Shown one piece after another: positions 24,793-37,943 of a stretch of DNA of 64,000 nucleotides (its first letter is position 1; every line of letters starts with the position of its first letter). A program made the position numbers and the translations under genes. Under the pieces are notes generated by a model, which saw only the letters and a list, made by a program, of their open reading frames with translations, did not search any database and was not told the DNA's origin. This DNA comes from Octopus sinensis (taxonomy: Eukaryota), in the NCBI RefSeq assembly GCF_006345805.1, contig NC_042998.1, positions 31,000,001-31,064,000 on the forward strand, given 5' to 3'.

Positions 24793-24932
24793 GTACAGCC
24801 AGGCAGAAAACCATGGGCTATTGAATCCTGTAAAGTTATTAAATATGGCACTGTCTTCTCCTTATGTCGAGAAGTGTTACCAGATACTGTAGTGCAGGAA
24901 TATTATGAAGACTGCTTACACGATTCTTGTGG
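24793..24932 (+). CDS. Exon 9: first half of C8-3
   Basis: aattcag / gtaagt, 140 nt, phase 0-2; VQPGRKPWAIESC...FSLC...YYEDCLHDSC. Confidence 0.93.
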
Positions 24933-25879
24933 GTAAGTTGGAACTATTTATTCCTTTAAATTTTTAAAAATTGTTGTTACAATGGTTTATTGGATAAGAT
25001 TTTTACACTTGTGGCTTCAAAGTAAACTCCCTACCCTAAACTTTGCCAAATAAAGTCCAAAATTCAGTAGGCAAAAATTAAATTTTGCTTTAAAATAAAT
25101 TTGGGGATTATACCCAACATATTTTAAACAAGAGATGGAATAAGAATTTCATGGTCATTCCAAGAGCTTTTTTGTTTCTTAGTCAGACAAAAGTGTAATT
25201 ATATCATGACTTATAGTAACTCTCATACGAAAAATAAATACTACATACTACATAATAAACAGTTTCTTATCATTAGGGATATTTACAGCCTTTCACATAA
25301 TGAAATACTAAAGAGGCCACTTAAAAGCTGTTGAATCCAGTTGCAGAGTCATTGTCCTGTACTTTACCAAAAACATTTGCAGTTATAAACCCAGTGTTGT
25401 TGCTTTGTAATAAGTATTAATGTTATAAGCATGTTACTGGTTTGATAATCATACTATGTAGCATTTTGCATAATTTTTGAATTATGTAAAACCAGGAGAT
25501 GACTTTCTTGATGATAATTTGAATTTAGATGAGAGACAGAAAAAGGTTGTCACATTACAGCCTGGAGAAATTGGCTGATTCCAGGGCAACACCATGATGA
25601 GATGGTGATAAAAGTATCATCAACATGTACTCCATATAGAAATTAACAACGTGTATGTTATTAACCCAGCTAATTAGATTGTGAAAGAGAATTGTTTGGC
25701 ACATTTTCAAGCCAGACCTAATTTTTATTAGTTATAAAGTTGGAGAAGGAGCAGTAGTATCCATGAATTAGCAAGTTTTTTTCAAAAGTGTTAGGCAAAT
25801 GCAATTGATGTTGAGCTTCCTGCAGAAAAATATATAAGTATTGAGGGGGTTCCAAGCATGGGATACTTTGTCAAAACCG

Positions 25880-26312
25880 CAGAAAGTATGAGGTTGAGCA
25901 GAGATGGTTTTCCTTTTCCCTGTTGAGAAGGACTGAGAGGAATGGGTGGTGTGAGGCTGTTTGATAAGAGGAGGACTGAGGACTTGATGGGGATGCTGGG
26001 GTTGGAGGAATCGGTAGAACAGCTGGCAAAGGTGAATGGTGGTATGGGCATATGTAGAGGAGGGATGAGGACCATGTTCTGAAGAGGGTACAAGAGTTCG
26101 AGGTAAATGGACAGCGAAAGTGAGGTAGACCGAGGAAAATGTGGAGGGGACAGGTGGAGCAGGAGAGTGGGAGGGCTTTCTTGAGAAGGGAGGACACATA
26201 AAAGTGGGCAAGATAGTGTGAGGGTGATTGCTGTGGAAGTGCGGTAGATCCGACCCACCCCCATTAATAGGGACAAAACCCAAATTCAAAATGATGGATG
26301 ATGATGATGATG
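25880..26312 (+). mobile_element. 3' fragment of a different RTE-like LINE
   Basis: GVRLFDKRRTEDLMGMLGLEESVEQLAK..WYGH...GRPRKMW; ends in (GAT)n. Confidence 0.7.
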
Positions 26313-26614
26313 TTCAAAAGCAAAAAAGTTGTCATAGTATAAAAGATAAAAAAGGGAGAACAATGTCTGCATAATAGTGTTTTATTTTTGCATGTAATTA
26401 ATGATTTTGAAAGTAATTTAAGCTCTTTGTATCCAGATATATATAAGGAATGATTCAGTGTTGGGGGAACTTAAGCTTTTTCAAAGTCATTAATTGATTT
26501 TTCTAACCTTGAGAAGAAATTTTGGGGATGTAGATATTGTTGCAATGTTGTAGATATGTACATTATTTACATCATTTACATTGGACGGATATGTGTCCTC
26601 ATCTTGTTTGTTGT

Positions 26615-26662
26615 TACCACAACATTTCAGCTGATTTACTCTCCAGCCTTCATCAGGTGTAC
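26615..26662 (-). ncRNA. Degenerate hammerhead-like motif; homologous copy at 30264-30312 (+)
   Basis: CUGAUGA-A-GGCUG-loop-CAGCU/C-GAAAUGUU; stem III is not intact in either copy. Confidence 0.4.
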
Positions 26663-26732
26663 TGCTGGAATTTTGAACCCAACCCCGGGTTTTAAGGTAT
26701 TTTTTGATATTATTATTATTATCATTATTATT

Positions 26733-29700
26733 GTAGATAAAGTAATTGAGGTAATCAGAGTATGTGACAGAATACTTAAGATTAGATTAGTGCTTCATCA
26801 TAGTTTAGCAACCATTATATGGACAGAAAGACCGATTCTATGACACTCTACTGCAGACTACCTCGTTGACGAACGACAGAGACCTTATCTTTGTGGCTGG
26901 TGACTTCAATGGTCACGTTGGACGACATGCTGGGGGCTTCCATGGCGTACATGGAGGCTATGGCTATGGCTCCCGCAACGAGGAGGGAACCAGGCTGCTG
27001 GAGTTCTGCGATGCAAATAATCTTATGATTTGCAACACTAACTTCAGGAAACCTACCAGCCACCTAGTCACTTACCAATCGGGCCAACATACCAGCCAAT
27101 TGACTACATCCTTACAAGGCAAAGGGAGAGATGGCTGCTTATAAATACCAAAACCTTCCCAGGTGAAGAATGTACCCCACAACATAGACTGGTAGTTAGT
27201 GACTTTAGGATCAGGACTAGGAGGACAACCAGAAGACGACAAATATGGAGAAGAAGGATCTGGAAGCTTAAAGATCCTGCAAATGGACAGAGATTTAGGG
27301 ACATATTACTTGAAGCCTCTGACGAAGTAGAAGGGGATAGAGCATCACAGGGGGTAGAAGACAGCTGGACGTTTCTAAGGGACAACCTGCTGAGAGCCAC
27401 TGACCAGATCTGTGGCTGGTGCAAAGTCCCCTCTCGACCTAGAATAACGTGGTGGTGGAACAATATTGTAGACAGGGCTATTAGAGAAAAGAGACAGGCT
27501 TGGAAGGTCTGGAAAAATGGGGGTAGCAGGGGATTGTATCAGACTGCCAAAAGAGAAGCTAGGAGACAGGTTTATTTAGCCAGAGGGGAAGCAGATAAGA
27601 AAAAATTTGCCAATGTTCTGCGCCGTGAGGACCAAAGACTGGAGGTGTTTCGTGTTGCAAGACAGTGTGTGAGAGAGAATCGTGATGTGGTAGGAGAGAA
27701 GTGTGTTCGCATGGAAGATGGTTCACTTGCGCTAAATGAGGATGCAAAGAGAGAGGTTTGGAGATGCCACTATGAAAGGTTGCTGAATGAAGAAAATGAA
27801 TGGGATAAAGAGAGTCTGCCGAATGTTGACCCAACAGAGGGACCAGCTATCCGAGTTGATAGTTCCGTGGTAGCTAAGGCAATTAGAAGCATGAAGACAG
27901 GGAAAGCCCCAGGCCCATCAGGAATCACTGCAGAGATGCTCAAAATGTCTGGTAGTGTCGGCTATAGCCTAGTCACCCGTATAGTTAATCAGGTGATACA
28001 CAAAGGGGTCATACCCAATGACTGGTGTAGCAGTATAATAGTCAACTGCTACAAAGGTAAAGGTGATGCCCTAGATACAAATAACTACAGAGGTATCAAG
28101 CTGTTGGACCAGGTGATGAAGGTTACGGAGAGGGTCATAGCCCAACTAATTAGAGAGAGAGTTAGTTTAGATGAGATGCAGTTTGGGTTTGTGCCAGGGA
28201 AAAGTACTACTGATGCTATATTCCTGGTAAGGCAGCTGCAGGAGAAATACCTAGCCAAAGATAAGCCCCTGTACCTGGCTTTTGTTGACATGGAGAAAGC
28301 CTTCGACAGGGTCCCCCGATCCCTTATCTGGTGGGCAATGAGGAAACTAGGGATAGATGAATGGTTAGTGAGAGCTGTGCAGGCCATGTACAGGGACGCC
28401 GCTAGTAGGGTGAGGGTTGGAAATGTGTACAGTGAAGAATTCCGGGTAGAGGTAGGAGTCCACCAAGGCTCAGTACTCAGCCCCCTCCTATTTATCATAG
28501 TCCTCCAGGCAATAACGGAGGAATTCAAGACAGGATGCCCTTGGGAGCTCCTCTATGCTGATGACCTTGCTCTAATTGCTGAGTCGCTATCAGAACTGGA
28601 GGAGAAGTTTCAGGTGTGGAAACAAGGATTAGAATCGAAGGGCCTCAGAGTCAATCTAGCTAAAACCAAAGTCGTAATCAGTAGGAAGGTAGACAAATCA
28701 CAAACACCTTCAGGTAGATGGCCCTGCTCGATCTGTAGAAAAGGTGTAGGTAGAAACTCTATAAGATGCACCAAGTGTAAGCTATGGACACATAAGAGAT
28801 GCAGCAATGTCAAAGGAAGGCTAACTAGGAAGATGGTTTTTGTATGTGGCAGATGCTCAGGAACAATAAACACTGAAAATGCTCTGAGACCAACTTCCGT
28901 CACTTTCCAGGGAGAAAAACTAGAAATAGTTGATAGTTTCCGTTACCTAGGTGACCAAGTCAGCAGTGGGGGCGGGTGTGCTGAAAGTGTAACTGCTAGA
29001 GTAAGAATAGCTTGGGCAAAGTTCAGAGAGCTCTTACCTCTGCTGGTGACAAAAGGCCTCTCGCACAGAGTGAAAGGCAGACTGTATGATGCGTGTGTAC
29101 GAACAGCCATGCTACATGGCAGTGAAACATGGGCCGTGACTGCTGAGGATATGCGTAAGCTCGCTAGAAATGAAGCCAGTATGCTCCGATGGATGTGTAA
29201 TGCCGGTACTCACACTCGGCAGAGTGTAAGTACCTTGAGAGAAAAGCTGGACCTAAGAAGCATCAGTTGTGGTGTGCAAGAGAGACGTTTGCGCTGGTAT
29301 GGTCATGTGGCGAGAATGGATGAAGATAGTTGTGTGAAAAAGTGCCACACCCTAGCGGTTGAGGGAACCTGTGGAAGAGGCAGACCCAGGAAAACCTGGG
29401 ACGAGGTGGTGAAGCACGACCTTCGAACTTTAGGTCTCACTGAGGAAATGACTAGAGACCGAGACCTCTGGAAGTGTGCTGTGCGCGAGAAGACCCGGCA
29501 GGACAAGTGAGTCCATAACCCGTGGCCTTCTACATGGGATGGAGCCAGCCTACGTATGCATACCTTCCCTTCTTGGGACACAAAACTCTACTTGTGAAGA
29601 CGTGATGAGGCAAGTGAGGATCAGAATCGAAATCGATCAATGGAAATTGCGGATGTGCTACCAGTGCCGGTGGCATGTCAAAACTCTGCTTGTGAAGACC

Positions 29701-30122
29701 CATTGAGGCAAGTGACGATCAGAATCGAAATCGATCAATGGAAATCGATCAATGGAAATTGCAGATGTGTTACCAGTGCCGGTGGCATGTAAGAGAACTT
29801 TCCGTTTCGCGACCGTTGCCAGCACCGCCCCGTTTCGTGTCCGTTGCCAGCCTCGCCTGGCCCTCGTGCCGGTGGCACATAAAAAGCACCATCCGTTCGT
29901 GGCCGTTTGCCAGCTCTGTCTGGCACCAGTGCGGGTGGCACGTAAAAAGCACCCACTACACTCACGGAGTGGTTGGCGTTAGGAAGGGCATCCAGCCGTA
30001 GAAACACTGCCAGATTTGACTGGGCCTGATGAGGCCTTCTGGCTTCACAGACCCCAGTGGAACCGTCCAACCCATGCTAGCATGGAAAACGGACGCTAAA
30101 CGATGATGATGATGATGATGAT
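26733..30122 (+). mobile_element. RTE-clade LINE, 5'-truncated within the AP endonuclease; RT ORF intact; 3'UTR and (GAT)n tail
   Basis: APE motifs GDFNGH and IDYIL..QHRLV; RT motifs [38 protein letters not shown]; stop at 29510. There is a frameshift near 27098 and a small deletion near 26820. Confidence 0.93.
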
Positions 30123-30899
30123 TGTCACCTTATAGCCTGGAGAAATTTTCTGATTCCAGGGGAACGTCATGATGAGATGGAGATAAAACTATAATAATAA
30201 TAATAATAATATCAAAAAGTACCTTAGGAATGAGAACCCGGGGTTGGGTTCAAAATTTCACCAGGACACCTGATGAAGGCCGGAGAGCAAATCAGCCGAA
30301 CTGTTGTGGTAACAACAAAGACGAGGACACATAACTATCAAATGTAAATAGAAATGATATTGTACAGAATTCCTCATCTCTAAAATATAGAAAAGTATTG
30401 TAGACTTGTGAAACTATGTTGATGAGCAGATTAATAGTTTTTACTCATTTGAACAAAGAACACCAGTGTTTAGCATTGAAGAATTGTATAAAATGTTAGA
30501 ATTGTTGGCAATTTATAAATGTGAAAATACCATATTGATATAGTCTACTTTTATTAAAATTTGTATAAAAGCTCTCTTGGTAAAAAATGAAAGAGATTGT
30601 ATGTAACTCAGGAGAGTGCTGTCAAGGTGTTGAAATACAATATAAAATCAGATTTTCATCAGATTCATGAAGAAGGAAATGGCCAGTAGTTGTTTTAAAA
30701 TATTTATGCTCAAGACCAGAATAATAGTATTTGCAGGGTTATTTTCTTTTTTCTGTAAAATAAATTTTTCAATTCTGTAAATTTGTGAGGTCGATTACAG
30801 AACTTAAAGAAAAATAAAGAGACTGTATATAAAAGTTAAGAAAATCTTTAATATAAACAAGCATTTATTTGAATTTTTAATCCTTTTTAATTATTATAG

Positions 30900-31009
30900 T
30901 TGCAACTTGGGTGGAGATTGTGAATGTTATTGTACAGCAGTTGCAAACTTTGCCAAAAGATGTACAAACATTGGAGTTGTAGCTAGATGGCGAAACAATG
31001 ATAGGTGTG
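30900..31009 (+). CDS. Exon 10: second half of C8-3
   Basis: ttattatag / gtaagt, 110 nt, phase 2-1; GCNLGGDCECYCTAVANFAKRC...WRNNDRC, the D3-specific C.C..GGDCEC.C.AVA motif. Confidence 0.94.
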
Positions 31010-31859
31010 GTAAGTATTCAGAAATATATTTTTGCATCAAGTTCAAAGAATAAAGCATAAATAATATGAGCAATGCTTTTGCTATATGGATCTCTCTTTT
31101 CATCACTATACATCTATTTCAATACAGTTACACTTCTTTCTTAATAACTTACACACACACACACACACATCTGTTTACTTTAGTTTGATCAAAGGCCCCA
31201 GATGTTGCTCATAAAATCTATGCTTCTAATTGTCAGCTGCCACCTGTTAATTCTATCCCCACAGTAATCTGATGGTATGGTTATACATGGAATTCCTTTC
31301 AGCTTGGTATAAATATAGCAAGAGCACTCAGCACAAACCTCTACCAAGGCAACACCAGCGTCCTCTCAACGATTAGCCGGAGGTGATTTTTAAATGAGAA
31401 TATCTGAAATAAACTCAACTGCTCTCACAAACGAGAATACTAAAAATGAACCCAACCACTCTCAAAAATTAAGTAAAAAAATTAAAAAAAAACAGAAATA
31501 TAACAGAATCCTTGTCCAGAACCAGATTGATCCCCAAATCTCATCAGTTCATGCCAGTCACAAGACCAAACATCCTTGAGAGTTTCATTCAAATCCATCC
31601 AGCAGTTTTTGAGATATCTTGTCCACTGATAAACAAACAAATACAACTGAAAACAATACCTCCACCTTTGCTAAGACAGAAATAATAATAGCAATAATAA
31701 CTTGCAGATGGAACATCATAGACTTTATTAATGTACATAAGAGGTGCAGCAATATCAGAGGAAGGTTAACAGGGAAAATAGTTTTTATGTATGGAAGGTG
31801 CATAGGTACAATTAACACTAAAAATGTGCAGAAAATAGACTCCATCAAATGTCAGCAGT

Positions 31860-31899
<40 letters not shown>

Positions 31900-31903
<4 letters not shown>

Positions 31904-32244
31904 CATAATTTACAAGATAAGGGCAGAAGAAAAATTCTAATGCCAAATATGCCGAAACAAAAAATTGTCGATAACCATTAGAATTTATGCGTCTCGAAAC
32001 AAACCGATAGAAATCTCTAAAAAATTCATATTTCATTTATATCTCGCGTATTTGCCGCTGAAGAGGGGAAAATTTCTCATGAATTAACCCCGAAATTGGA
32101 CCAATACAGTAATAACAAATTTTTTAGAGCTTTCTATCGGTTTGTTTCGAGACGCATAAATTCTAATGGTTATCGACAATTTTTTGTTTCAGCATATTTG
32201 GCATTAGAATTTTTCTTCTTCCCTTATCTTGTAAATTATGTATA
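31900..32244. repeat. Inverted repeat with 127-bp arms and a 91-bp spacer
   Basis: 31900-32026 vs 32118-32244, 3 mismatches counted by eye. Confidence 0.92.
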
Positions 32245-32486
32245 AATTTTACCTTTAAAGGCATTTTCTGATATGCTGGCCATTGATAAAATTTTTTTCC
32301 CGAAAAAAATTTTATCCTATATCAATTATATATATATATATATATAGGTTGAAAAAAAGATTAGAGATCTATAGAAATCAAATTTTTATATATAAAAGAT
32401 GGAGGTGAAAGCAGCACAAAAAAGTAAGTCTAAGACATTTCAATTTAAGAGGAAATTTAATAAAAATGGTTCTTTAAAACTTATAT

Positions 32487-32852
32487 AGGTGCAGGAGTGG
32501 CTGTATCGTAAGTAGCTTGCTTACCAACCACAAATATAACTTCCTTTCAAGTGTTGGGCCTCGTGGAAGCAATGACCGAGACTTTTGGCATTATGTTGTG
32601 CTTGAGAAGACCCATCAAGCCAAGCAAAATTGAAGTCCTGGCAGATACCAGTGTCACACAAACAGCACCCACACTGATGACACGTAAAAGCACCCATTAC
32701 ACTCTCGGAGTGGTTGGCATTAGGAAGGGCACCCACCAGCTGTAGAGAACCATACAATATCAGACTGGAGCCTAGCACAGCCTTCCAGCATGCCAGCTCA
32801 GTCAAACTCTCGAACCGATACCAGCATGGACGGACAACAGATGTTAAATGAT
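32487..32852 (+). mobile_element. SINE with family-A tRNA head and RTE 3' tail
   Basis: ggtgcaggagtggctg...cttgcttaccaaccaca head, distinct body, then the cactctcggagtggttggc...gttaaatgatgat tail. Confidence 0.7.
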
Positions 32853-33518
32853 GATATATATAAGTATAATAATGCCAAGGATCTGTAACCTTTTAAGGGA
32901 TGTTTGCATCCTAGTTCTCTGGTTTATACCAGTGTTCAGTGAAAGCTAAAGGCTTTAGTTTTATATTGATGTATATTGGTATTTAAAATATCTATGAATG
33001 AGAAAAAATAAGAAAATGGAGAAATTGACGTTGGAATGCAACTTCTTTCTGGAAATTCTCCCCTGATGAAATACCCAACATGAAAATTTTAAATTGATTT
33101 AATTTAATTTCTCTAATTGAACTAATTGGTTATGGAAATGGGTGTAGGGATAAGAATTTCATATTATGTTGATTTGATTATCTTTGAATAAACTAATGTC
33201 TATTCATCAATTTTTCCATTTTGTCCTTTTTTCTCATTCATATATATATATAGTGATAAAAAATCTACAGATGGAGAAGGACATACTACCACCATGTTCT
33301 TAATGATGAAATTAACCTCTCTATCTATATATCTACCCTCTTTGTAATGTTGGCAAATGAAATAAGTATAAAACTATACATTGTCTATTTAATTAAAAAA
33401 TTCAATTTGTGGCTGAAGATTGCTCGACATTTTAAAACTGATGTAATACTTACAGTGTTTAATAAAATGAAGTAGCATGAAATGATTGTACTACACTACC
33501 TTGGATATCCTTGTTGCT

Positions 33519-33775
<257 letters not shown>

Positions 33776-33931
33776 AGAGAGAGAGAATGAACAGAAAGAA
33801 CACAATTGTTTCGAGTATCTTTCCCCCAAGAAATAACCACTGTGCTGTGTATAATCAATTTCAAGTTTTAAATGATGTCATAAAAATGTTTAATGCACAA
33901 AATATTAAAACTAAAATATGTCCTATTTCAG

Positions 33932-34078
33932 CTGTTATGTGTGATGGGCTTCGAGTCTACAAAGAATGTGGTTCTTCCAATCCTCCAACATGTAGAGACA
34001 AACAAGAAACCCATCTTTACGACAATACTACCTTTTGTGTAGAAGGCTGTTTTTGTCCACCGGGTTATGTTGAAGACG
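33932..34078 (+). CDS. Exon 11: TIL3
   Basis: atttcag / gtaagg, 147 nt, phase 1-1; VMCDGLRVYKECGSSNPPTC...CVEGCFCPPGYVED. Confidence 0.93.
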
Positions 34079-35161
34079 GTAAGGAAGATTTGAAGTACTT
34101 AAAAAATGTTATTTCCTACGTTTTCCTCCTTGTTTTTATTTACTGTTTTTTTTCCACTTTTGCAAATATATCTTCTACTTTCAATAACTTTTTAGACTTT
34201 ATTTATTGATTGGTATCTTCGTTAAACATCTATTATTTCTCAGTCTATTAATATTGTTCACTTGCACTTCGCCTCAAGAACACAACTTCAGGATTCTTTA
34301 CATATGCAGAAGTACACAGACCACACACGCACATCACTTATCACTATGGAGTATTTAATCATATATAACTATACCTTTGGCATTCAATTATTTTTCTCAC
34401 ACATGTAACTTCCCTCCTATCTCTAAATGAACATTTTCCCTTCAGTTCCATAAAAAAAATTCAACAGCTATAGGAGAAAAAATGTTTTATTTAATTAAGA
34501 TGTTGGATTTGATTATTTAAATAGTTATTTATCTATCCAGCTACACACACACACACATACACACACTGAAAAACACAGTGTTGACTTCTAAAGCATTTAA
34601 TATACTCAATAGTATGATATGGTTGCATAACGAAATGTTGGTTCTCTACAAGTCATTAATATGTATGTACTAGCTGCCAAGAATGTCTTTAATATGTAAA
34701 TTGGTATATCCAATAATGTTACACTGCTATATTTAGTGGCTAATTAAGCAATGAGTCTGTGGATGATTAAGGGGTTGGATGGGTGCTGATGAAGTAGCAA
34801 AAACTTTTGAAATATGGCATATACACTCATTATCTATTTTTCCATCTTTGATTGCATTACACATGTTCGGATACAAAACATTGTAAGAGATCAGTGCTGA
34901 CGATAACTTCTATAGAATATCTGTAGATATAACCTTAACATGTGAGATATATATATATATATATTTATACAAGTTCTTCTACCAATGTAGCAGAATCTGC
35001 ATGAATACTGAATAGTAATACCAATATCCTACTTAAAGGCAGTGAGCTGGCAGAATCATTAGCATGATGGACAAAATGCTTAGCGATATTTCACTCATTT
35101 CTGAGTTCAAATTCTGCCGAGGTCAACTTTGCTTTTCATCCTTTCGGGGTCGATAAATTAA

Positions 35162-35382
35162 CCCTTTCATTACCAACCCAGCTGAAACTAACTTTGGCTC
35201 TGTAGTACAAATGTCTTATTTTCATAAGTTTTGAATTAAAATCTTCCACCAAACCTTAGTCACAATTTATATTCCTAACACCAGCTTAATGATAACTAAG
35301 TTATTTTACTAATTTTTTTGTTATATTTAAAGTAATTGAAAGAAACACAGAGCATCTCAAAATAAATACAATAACGGAAGGG
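35162..35382. mobile_element. piggyBac-type MITE copy 1, inserted into a SINE
   Basis: TTAA-CCCTTT...AAGGG-TTAA, 221 bp; interrupts the SINE sequence gataaaTTAAgtaccag. Confidence 0.85.
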
Positions 35383-35906
35383 TTAAGTACCAGTCAAGAA
35401 CTGGGGTCAATGTGATCGACTATCCCCTTCCCCACAAATTCCAGGCCTTGTGCTTGCAAAAGAAATTATTAATATTCTACTTAAGGTGAAATGTACTATA
35501 AGAATGTCATAATGCTGCAGTGTCCATCTTGAGAAAGCATATTATATAGATATATATTATTAAAAAGCACACAAGTATCAGTAGCAAAAGTAAGTTGAAT
35601 TCATGTGATCCAGAAGTTCTGCTGCCAGTGCTGGACATTTTTCATCTGCTACTGTTAGTTCTCTGCTTCTGAGCATTTTATGTCTAAACGAGATGCTTTA
35701 TCAAAACGAATACTGCAGTATTGTTGAATTTTTACAGTATATCCACATTAAATAGGATATACAGATTGCTTTTTAGTACTAATACTATATATAGAGATAT
35801 AAATATACACATAAACACAGACACACACACACACATAGGAATAAGGGCATACAGCAATCTAAAAGTAGTATAAAAATAAAAAATACAAAAATATGAAATC
35901 CATTAA

Positions 35907-36128
35907 CCCTTTTGTTACCGTATTTATTTTGAGGTGCTCTGTGTTTCTTTCAATTAATTTTAAATATAACAAATAATTTAGTAAAATAACTTAGTTATCA
36001 TTAAGCTAGTGTTAAGAACATAGATTGTAACTAAGGTTTGGTGGAAGATTTTAATTCAAAACTTATGAAAACAAGACATTTGTACTAGAGATCCAGAGGC
36101 GGTTTCAGCCGGATTGGTATCGAAAAGG
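35907..36128. mobile_element. piggyBac-type MITE copy 2, inverted relative to copy 1
   Basis: TTAA flanks, same family. Confidence 0.85.
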
Positions 36129-36346
36129 TTAATCTCTCAGTAGTCTTGTGAGTGAGGAGTTGTATTTGTAAGTTTGACACTCTTGTTACTTCTTGAAGTG
36201 ATGATTTTATGTACAACATTACATCTTGTTTCTAAATTTGCTCAGTTTATAAGGAAATGAAAAATATTTCTCTAATACTACCCAGAACATAAACTGCTAA
36301 AAGATCAGGATGAATTAGCATCAGAGTATTATTTTAATTTTTATAG

Positions 36347-36443
36347 GAGAAGATTGTATTAAACCAGATGACTGTGTTTGTTGGTATGAAGGGAAAATAT
36401 ATCCATCTAAAGCTGTCGTTAGATTTAACGACTGTCATAACTG
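36347..36443 (+). CDS. Exon 12: end of TIL3 and start of E3
   Basis: tttatag / gtgagt, 97 nt, phase 1-2; GEDCIKPDDCVCWYEGKIYPSKAVVRFNDCHN. Confidence 0.9.
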
Positions 36444-37324
36444 GTGAGTTTTTGCATTTATTTATTTCTCCTAAATTTATATTCCTGACAGGAGCTTGTC
36501 ATATTTGTTATGTCAGAATGCTGAAGAAAGTGTCTTGCACTCTGCAGTTGTGACTCTTTATATTCTAAATTCAAATTTGTTGATGTCACCTTTGTCTTTC
36601 AATCTTTTAGTGTCAGTAAGATATCTGACAGTCAAATATTGGGGTTGGTACTGTTCACTGGTTCTTCCTCCTGTCAAATTTCTGATCTTGTGCTTTAAAT
36701 AAAAATACAGAGATTTAAATAACAGTAAATGTATATTAAACAAGAAATTGTCTGTTTATCTAGCAGATAATGTCATAATACAATATTTATGACCAGAACA
36801 AATCCTAAGAATACATACATGCATGCACACACTCACACACATACATATTTATACATACATGTCTTCTTAGGATTTGTTCTAGTCATCAACATCAAATTTC
36901 TGAATAATAGATGATTGCATTAAACACTAATGGGGTATCCTGTCGGCTGGTAATGAAAGGATGACAAAATTAATTGTATGTAAGTTTACATACAGTAAAT
37001 TTACCTGAAGCTGTTTATAAAAGAATGACAGAATGAGGGGACAAAGCCTCTTTGGTGGAATCAATAAGGTAGCTGCTCAGTAACTATATATGACATGTAG
37101 AAAACGTTGCCTCTTTTTATGTACACTCATAAGATTGGGTTTGTAAATATTTTACATTATAAATATGTGTGGTAAGTGGCTTACTTACGAACCACATGGT
37201 TCCAGCTTCAGTCCCACTGCGTGGCACCTTGGGCAAGTGTCTTCTACTATAGCCTTGGGCCGACCAAAGCCTTGTCAGTGGATTTGGTAGACGGAAACTC
37301 AAAGAAGCCTGTTGTGTGTATATA

Positions 37325-37355
<31 letters not shown>

Positions 37356-37943
37356 GTGTGTGTGTGTGCATGTTTGTGTGTCTGTGTTTGTTCCCCCACC
37401 CCACCCCACCCCCAACATCGCTTGACAACCGATGGTAGTGTGTTTACGTTCCCATAACTTAGTGGTTCAGCAAAAGAGACCGATAGAATAAGTACTTGGC
37501 TTACAGAGAATAACTCCTGGAGTCGATTTGCTTGACTAAAGGTGGTGCTCCAGCATGGCCACAGTCACATGACTGAAACAGGTAAAAGAGTAAAAAGAGT
37601 AAGAGTATATATACATCAATTATTATTTAAAACAGTTTGGCCCGAATCCCATGCAACTTAGAGTTTTGTAGGCCCCTTATAAAATCCTAGCTAATCAGGC
37701 TCAGGCAGCTGAATGGAAAAGTGCAAGAAGTCCAAGATGGCTACTGGAAATTGGGCTGCCATTGGTCAAAACAGGTCACATGGTGTTATTAGCATTGGAC
37801 CTGAAATTTCAGCAACATCAAATCCATTAAAAAAGAGAATGTGAATTTCTTGGACTGCTTGGCTGGACAGAAAGCTGGAGATGCCTTGCGGTCTGGCTGG
37901 TCTTCAAAGTGACTTGAGCACCAATGGATCCATGGCTTGCAAG

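Noticed and set aside
30026-30055. CUGAUGA plus a stem in the LINE tail; also CUGAAGA on the minus strand near 14835 and CUGAUGA at 4596 and 33064
   Set aside because: No correctly placed GAAA/UH or stem II closure.
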